Shown: positions 57,691 to 64,000 of the stretch, piece by piece | Layout: each line of letters opens with the position of its first letter | Numbering within the stretch: position 1 is the stretch's first letter | NCBI RefSeq assembly: GCF_009914755.1 | Contig: NC_060932.1 | Strand: one strand, 5' to 3' | DNA: 64,000 bases | Source of the DNA: the human T2T-CHM13v2.0 reference genome, Homo sapiens | Position numbers and translations under genes: made by a program | The notes under the pieces: generated by a model | What the model saw: the letters and a program-made list of their open reading frames with translations, nothing else | Databases searched by the model: none | What the model was told of the DNA's origin: nothing

Positions 57691-60174
57691 GGATACCAGA
57701 GCACACATGACCTAGCAAGTTCTTGAGATAGCCATACTCAAACCCAGATTACCCTGTCAGAATGTGCTGCCTTTTCTCTAGGGTCCAAAAGAAGCAGCAG
57801 AAATTACTCTCCAAAGCATGTATCTGCATTCAGTGATGTCCTTCTCCCCAGGGGATTTACTCCATGCAGCCATTCTAACAACGTAATAACTCTTGTTGCC
57901 TCCCGTGATCACTGCAGGGAATATCTGCTCAGTGTTCCAGGCAAACAATCTTATTAGAGATGGAAAACTGGCACTTCTTCATTAAGAAGGGAGGATCCCC
58001 TAAGCACTCTTTCTTGCTGTGAGAGCATCTCATCCACATTTGACTCCCAATCTTGGGTCTCACTTCTGTGTGGAAACTTGGACAAGTCACATAACATCTC
58101 TAAGCCTGTTTACATGCAGAATTGGGGCCAACTTCTCATAGCAGGGACACAGGAAATCTGAGCCATCGACCTGGGCCATTGGAAGACACAGATAGGACCT
58201 GAGCAGAGAAAGTCAAGTCACAACTGTGGTCCACAAGGATAAATACCCTGACATAAAGATGCACAAAGAAGGCAGGAGCACCTACTGGTGGTGGCTGAGA
58301 CCCACTGGGTCAGCCTTCTGGGAGCTGGCCAGTCCAAGCAATACAGAGGCCAACCCCTCAGCAGCTGTGCAGTCTTGGAGCAAGAATTTAATCTCTCTGT
58401 GCCTCAGTTTCCCCAACTGCAAGTTGCTTTGGAGTCTGGCATATGATAAATGCTTAATAAGTATAAGCTAGTATGATAAAGAAGCAAACCTAAAAACAGT
58501 TCTGTAGCAATGGCAGGAGAGGAATGATAATCCCCTTCCACCAATGAGTTACCTACACCCTCACCAACTCTGAGGTTCTTCAGGGCCTCCCTGCTGATTA
58601 GGAGCAGAGGGGAGGCTAGAAATCACATCTCTGACCCTCACCTACCATAGAAAATGCAGCCCCAGGCATTCACCCCCTTAATGTTGAAAAGTATTTTCTT
58701 TCCTTCAATATAGAAATCAAAACCGGCTGTGTATGTTTGCTTTTTTTTTTTCACATCTGAAGACAGTGCAAATAGAAGCATCCCACACAATGCCAAGTTC
58801 CTGTTTTCTTTGAGATTCTATGTCCCCCTTAGCTTAGGCAGCATTTTAAAATCCAGGCTTGCAGGCACATAAGATTTCACAATCTCATAAAAAGATAACT
58901 GACTCATAAACTCAGGCAGAGGGCTTGAAGTACCAAAGATGAGGAAGCTCTATTAAGGGAGCAGCAGCCAATGCCATCACTATTTGCAGCTCTCAGGCAT
59001 GGAGCCTTTTCCCTTTCTGCCAGTGCTGGAAGCTCTGGTGACACTCACTGAGAAGTCAAACTTGGGACCACAGTGAGTGGCAATTTCTCTCTCTTTCCAC
59101 TTACTGAAACACATGCACACAAACAGACTCCTAAGTGTGTGTGTGTACATAAGCACATACAACAAGGAGCATACTGTCTCCAAGTTCTTTTTTTGGAGAG
59201 GCAATGTCAAATCATGGAAAGAGCAGGGGCTTCAGGGCTGCCAAATCTGGTTCACATTCTGACCATTTTACGGGTTACCCTAATCGAATTTTAGTGCTCC
59301 CATTTTCCACATCTGTAATCCTACTATAGTAATATCTATCTACTTAGTAGTGATTCACTTTTGGGAAGATCAACATAAATGTATATTTTTTTTTAGTAAC
59401 ATTATGGCTTTTCAATATATAGTGTATAATGCTAATATTAGAATAACTAATAATAACAATAAAACATCTGTATGTTGTGCAATAAAAATTTTGCATAACA
59501 AAGATGAGCTTAAATATTCAAAGAAATCCAGCCTGGAGTGAACCACAGGATAACCTGGATGAAGCTGAGTTGCTAGGGAAAGACATAGGCAACGTCCAGG
59601 GCCCAGGTACCAGGACTCCAAGCTTGGGGGAAGCATACTGGATACCGAGCCCACAGCCAACAAGGCTGGTTCAGATGTAGGTTCCCATCTTCTCTGGGAC
59701 CTGAGGGAGACAGAAGTTGCATCTCTCCTCCTTGAGAAACTTAATTCAGACAGGGAAGAATAGCACCTCACATTCATTGAGGTTGGGGGAGGTTTCAATG
59801 CAATAATAGACATAACTTGAGAGCAAATACACCTTCCCTGAAAGGCACTGATTCCCTGTCCCTGGAAGAACGTCGCAGATGCCAAGTCTGCCCCAGGAGC
59901 TGAAGACGGGATTCCTGCTTTGGGATTGAGCCTTGAGTAGACATCCTCTATGCTTCCTGACAGTCTTGAGAGTCTATGAATATCACACCATCTAATTTTA
60001 AGGTTCTGCATTTATTAATGGCTATAAATGTTTCAAGAGCATTTCATTTGCAGAACGGCAGTGCACCGCACCCAATTCAAGTTGAATCACATGAAGGCAT
60101 CAGCAGGCTTAGTATCAGTGGTGAGTGGTGTCTCTGTAGTGACCCCTTTGAGGTCAGTAGCACCATATGGGTTT

Positions 60175-60499
60175 CTTTCTTTTTTTCTTTTCTTTTCTTT
60201 TCTTTCTTTCTTTCTTTTTCTGAGACAGAGTCTTGCTCTGCCACCCAAGCTGGAGCGTAGTGGTGCGATCTTGGCTCACAGCAACCTCCGCCTCCTGGGC
60301 TTAAGCGATTCTCCTGCCTCAGCCTCTGAGTAACTGGGATTACAGGTGCCTGCCACCACGCCTGGCTAGTTTTTATATTAGTGGAGATGGGGTTTTGCCA
60401 TGTTGGCCAGGCTGGTCTCAAACTCCTGGCCTCAGGTGATCTGCCCACCTCAGCCTCCCAAAGTGCTGGAATTACAGGTATGAGCCACCATGCCTGGCC
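60175..60499 (-). mobile_element. AluS (Sx/Sz-like) with (CTTT)-patterned tail
   Basis: Full dimer; degenerate TSD accatatgggttt / actatataggttt. Confidence 0.94.
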
Positions 60500-61199
60500 A
60501 CTATATAGGTTTTAATACCTCACGCATCAAAGCATAGTGATCCAGTGGTCCCTACCACCACCTTGTCCACCCGCTCCTTACACAGATACGACATTTGAGG
60601 CCCAGAAAAGGGAGTGGTTTGCCCATAATCACAGAACAAATGTCCTCAGGACCCCTGTCTCCAGATTTGTAGCCCGTTGATCTTTAAATTCTTGGTGGTC
60701 AAAGTTTTTACATCCATGATTTCATCTGATCACAGAAAGAACCCCAAGAGGTTGGAAAAAAAAAGTAACAAACAACAAAATCTAACTTTAGATCTTCCTA
60801 TAAGATCTAAAGTTCTGAGACACTGATGAATCTGTTATACCCACTTCCTTCCTCTTAACATGCAGACATCGGGTAATGGATAACATCAGGGTATCAGAAC
60901 TTTAGATCTTACAGGAAGCTCAGAGATCACAGAGCTCAGGCCCTCATATTAGAGCAACAAAACACACACATGCACAAAAAACAAACAAACAAAAAAAAAA
61001 CAGAACATTTGCATGGTTTGGGCGGTTGTTGCACAACCATCTGAGAGAAAAACCATGACCTGAGATATCCGGGTCCTTAGAGTATGAGCTCTGCAAGACT
61101 CTGCAAAACAGACCCAGCCCTCTTTCAAGTGCAGCACTGATGCATATTTAATCTGATCATAATCTAAATCCTTAGCATGAAACAGATGCTTCCAACTCT

Positions 61200-61680
61200 A
61201 GGCCCTTCTTCCCTCGCTGTGTCACCACTACCACAAACAAACCCTCTCAAAATACTCTCATCAAAGTGCTCCACTACCTCTAAATATGGTTTTATTATAC
61301 CTTTGTTCAAGCTATTATCTCCACTGGAGGGCCCACCTTGCACCTCTCTACCTGACAAGCTCCCCATCCTTAAATGTCCAATCTAGCTTTTCCAGGAAGC
61401 CCTCCCCGAACAGCCATGCCACCGCCCTCCCTAACAGAAGCCCCCAACCTTGCCTTGTGCATGTCAAAATAGCCCTGAATAGGTTATGCTCTGAAAGCAT
61501 CTTTATTTTCAGGTTAGGCTGTGAGCTCCATAAATTGAAGGACAGCCATGGAGTCTAGCAAGAAACATGGCAGAGAATAGGTATGGAATCACATCTGTGG
61601 GACAAACAGGAGAAGGAATGAAAGACTAAACAAATGCAAGAGAAAATGCACATATGAATGACTGAATAAATCCATTACTC
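61200..61680 (+). mobile_element. L2 3' fragment
   Basis: ctttgttcaagctatt...tccaggaagccctccc...ttaggctgtgagctcc...gaatgactgaataaa. Confidence 0.6.
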
Positions 61681-62559
61681 TCCTTTCTGATCAAAGTTTT
61701 CTGGGGCACTTGGAATCAGCTCCTACTTAGGACATTAAGACTGATAGAATTATACCCGTCTTATTTTGAATGCATCTTTGAGCTCCTTTTGTCCTCTGCA
61801 TATGTCCACTGAGGAGAGGAGGGAGGTGTGTACAATTCATCGTGCCTGACAGAATCCCACAGAGAAGCCAGTGTCAGGGGAAGGATGCAGTAACGGGTGG
61901 TGTCTCAACTGCAGATGAGTCCTCTATTTATCCTTCCTGATGCCACAACATAAACAGGAGAGGAGGTGAACGCAAGATGCAAGGCTCCCACACATGAGTC
62001 AAGGCTGGCATTTCAGACATGCTATCTGTTTGTGCCCTGGTCACGGTGGTTTGGGATCCAATTTTGTTTAGCATCTGTCATTAGCTTCACAAGTGCAGCC
62101 ATGACTCAGCCCACGTCACCGTGTTCCCACATTGACCACCCACAAGATGTGCAAGCCTCCATTCCCAACCTTCTCACACACTCCAAGGCCTGCCCTCCTC
62201 CCAGCCAAAATGGAAAACTAAGTAGGGACAAGATATCAAGATACGGAGGGCCTTAACGATGGTCTTAAACAATGGTTTCTAAAATTTCTCGGGAGCCAGA
62301 GGAACTAGGGTAATCCGTCTTCCCTGTGCTCTGCTTAATGCCAATCCTCCTGAGGGGCTCCTCTTTCTCCAGGGCTACAGCACCTCCAGGGGTGTGAACC
62401 TCACTGGGAAGGCCTCTCTTGAGGGTTCAGTGGTCGGCTCATAGTCTCACAGGGATATGGGGGGTTTGGGGTGAGTAAACCACAGCAGGACATGGAGAGG
62501 CAGCTCAGTGCACAGCAAAGGGCAAAGTCTGGCACCAAACTTTCATGGCCACTAGTCCT

Positions 62560-62735
62560 GTTCTTTATTAATCCCTGCTTTTGTGTGGTGCCTTTATTTC
62601 TCAGTTTTCTCATCTGTGCATAGGGACTCTGCACAGGATAACTGTGAAAAACCAAAGAATTTATACATAAAGTGCATAGTGTGGCACCTGGCACCCAGAG
62701 AGCACTCAGAGTAGCTGCTACTATTCTTAACGTCC
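62560..62735 (+). mobile_element. MIR SINE
   Basis: tctcagttttctcatctgt...aaagtgcatagtgtggcacctggcacccagagagcactca. Confidence 0.7.
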
Positions 62736-63249
62736 TATTGTGATGGCAATAGACACTCAATGAATTGCAATTTAGAAAAAAACAATAACGCTTTCATGCA
62801 GAGTTAGAAATACCCGACCCCCTCCCTTGTAATGAATGAACAGGGTTAATTTCATATTGAATTTTTCCTTCAAAACCTGTCCTGCAGGCATAATCTTGCT
62901 GGCAAGAAGTTGCCCCAGGATGATGGAGAGGAAACCTAGAGGACAGAAGATGGATAGAGAGGATGGAAACAGGAGTGATTGTAGGCATACGTCTGGCCTG
63001 GACATATCCACTGGGAAAGGGGCCAGATCAAATCCCAGGCTCAACAAAGTTCATTCATTTGAATGATCATAGAGTATCTCCATTATTCCCAACCTCAAAA
63101 GTGTCCCTTGCTGCACTGTCAACTACTTATCTACATGTCAGTGAGGTTAACGATCTCCTCCAGCTCCTCAGATGATTCCTGAGGCTCAGGCCCAGGAGCT
63201 CTGATGTCCAGGGGTACCCAGTGTCCTCACTTTTTCTTGGACCTTCAAC

Positions 63250-63430
63250 TGAGAGTCTTTAAAGCCAGACATGCTTTGGTTCGAATCCCAAATGCAATGT
63301 GTATTTCTGTGCAAACTGGAGGTCAGTAGCTTAATGTGGTCAGTTTTCCTTATCTGTAAAAACACACATATCTAGCAGGGAAAGGTTAGCGATTAAGGAT
63401 ACCTAAGTGCCATCTGGCACAAAGGGAATA
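63250..63430 (+). mobile_element. MIR SINE
   Basis: agccagacatgctttggttcgaatccc...cagttttccttatctgtaaaa. Confidence 0.7.
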
Positions 63431-64000
63431 GATGCATGATAGCTGATGTAGAGGTTGGTGGGATCCCAAGCATTCTGCTCTGTTTCTGTTTTCCCAGTTA
63501 TTTCTATTCATAATTTATATAAAAATGAGAATGGGAGTAATAGAATAAAGGGAAGAGGAAACCACAGAGGCAAAACCTTAAACACCATGATACTGGATAC
63601 TTCAATGCTTCTTTCGTTTAATCTTCAAAACTCAACATGAGAAGTCATCAAAGAACATCGTTTTTTGTGTGTGAGCGGCAACTGATGTTAAGGAAGGCCA
63701 TCTCTGTGACTTAATCTCTGCATGATTCTTCTTGACACTCTGATTTTTTATTCTTAAAAGGTAATAGACACATTTGTTGGTTTGTTTCTTCCTCCTCCCT
63801 GACCATTGCTGTATAAACACCGTTCCAATCAAACTGGGTTCCTTACATTTGACAAAGGAGACCACGCCCATCCTCTGTCTTGGTTCCCATTCCCTTTGGT
63901 GCCCATTGTCCTGGCACCTGCTTCCTCCCTCTGAATCTTTTCCTAGCCGCCCAGAGGTGCCCCTCCTCTGTTAAGCCTTCCCATGCTCCAAGTTCATCCT

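Larger units (their letters stand above)
48013..64000 (-). other. FAM135B: FAM135B intron upstream of the start-codon exon (continues beyond the window)
   Basis: Ends at the acceptor at 48013; no CpG island or promoter visible in the window. Confidence 0.8.

Overview
Primate (human or near-human) genomic DNA lying inside the FAM135B gene, which is transcribed on the minus strand (8q24.23 in human, from recall). The one host exon I can support is a 96-nt first coding exon at 48012->47917: 19 nt of 5' UTR plus 77 nt encoding [26 protein letters not shown]. The ORF track misses it. Everything else is intron, dense in transposon relics: 10 Alus, a 3.86-kb 5'-truncated L1PA4-like copy, a twin-primed inverted L1, older L1s, a MER11 solo LTR, MaLR LTRs, MER85, MER5A, MER63, MER81 and many MIR/L2 fragments. 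Almost all track ORFs are repeat-derived or chance. I found no convincing new multi-gene system. The best leads are three possible regulatory features on the start-codon exon (AG|GTAAT recursive-splice-like start, an overlapping out-of-frame uORF, and (UG)13 beside the donor), two short local duplications (one matching a candidate poison exon), template-switch inverted repeats, and all 10 Alus lying sense to the gene. Repeat subfamily calls are from remembered consensus sequences, and boundaries of old elements are approximate.
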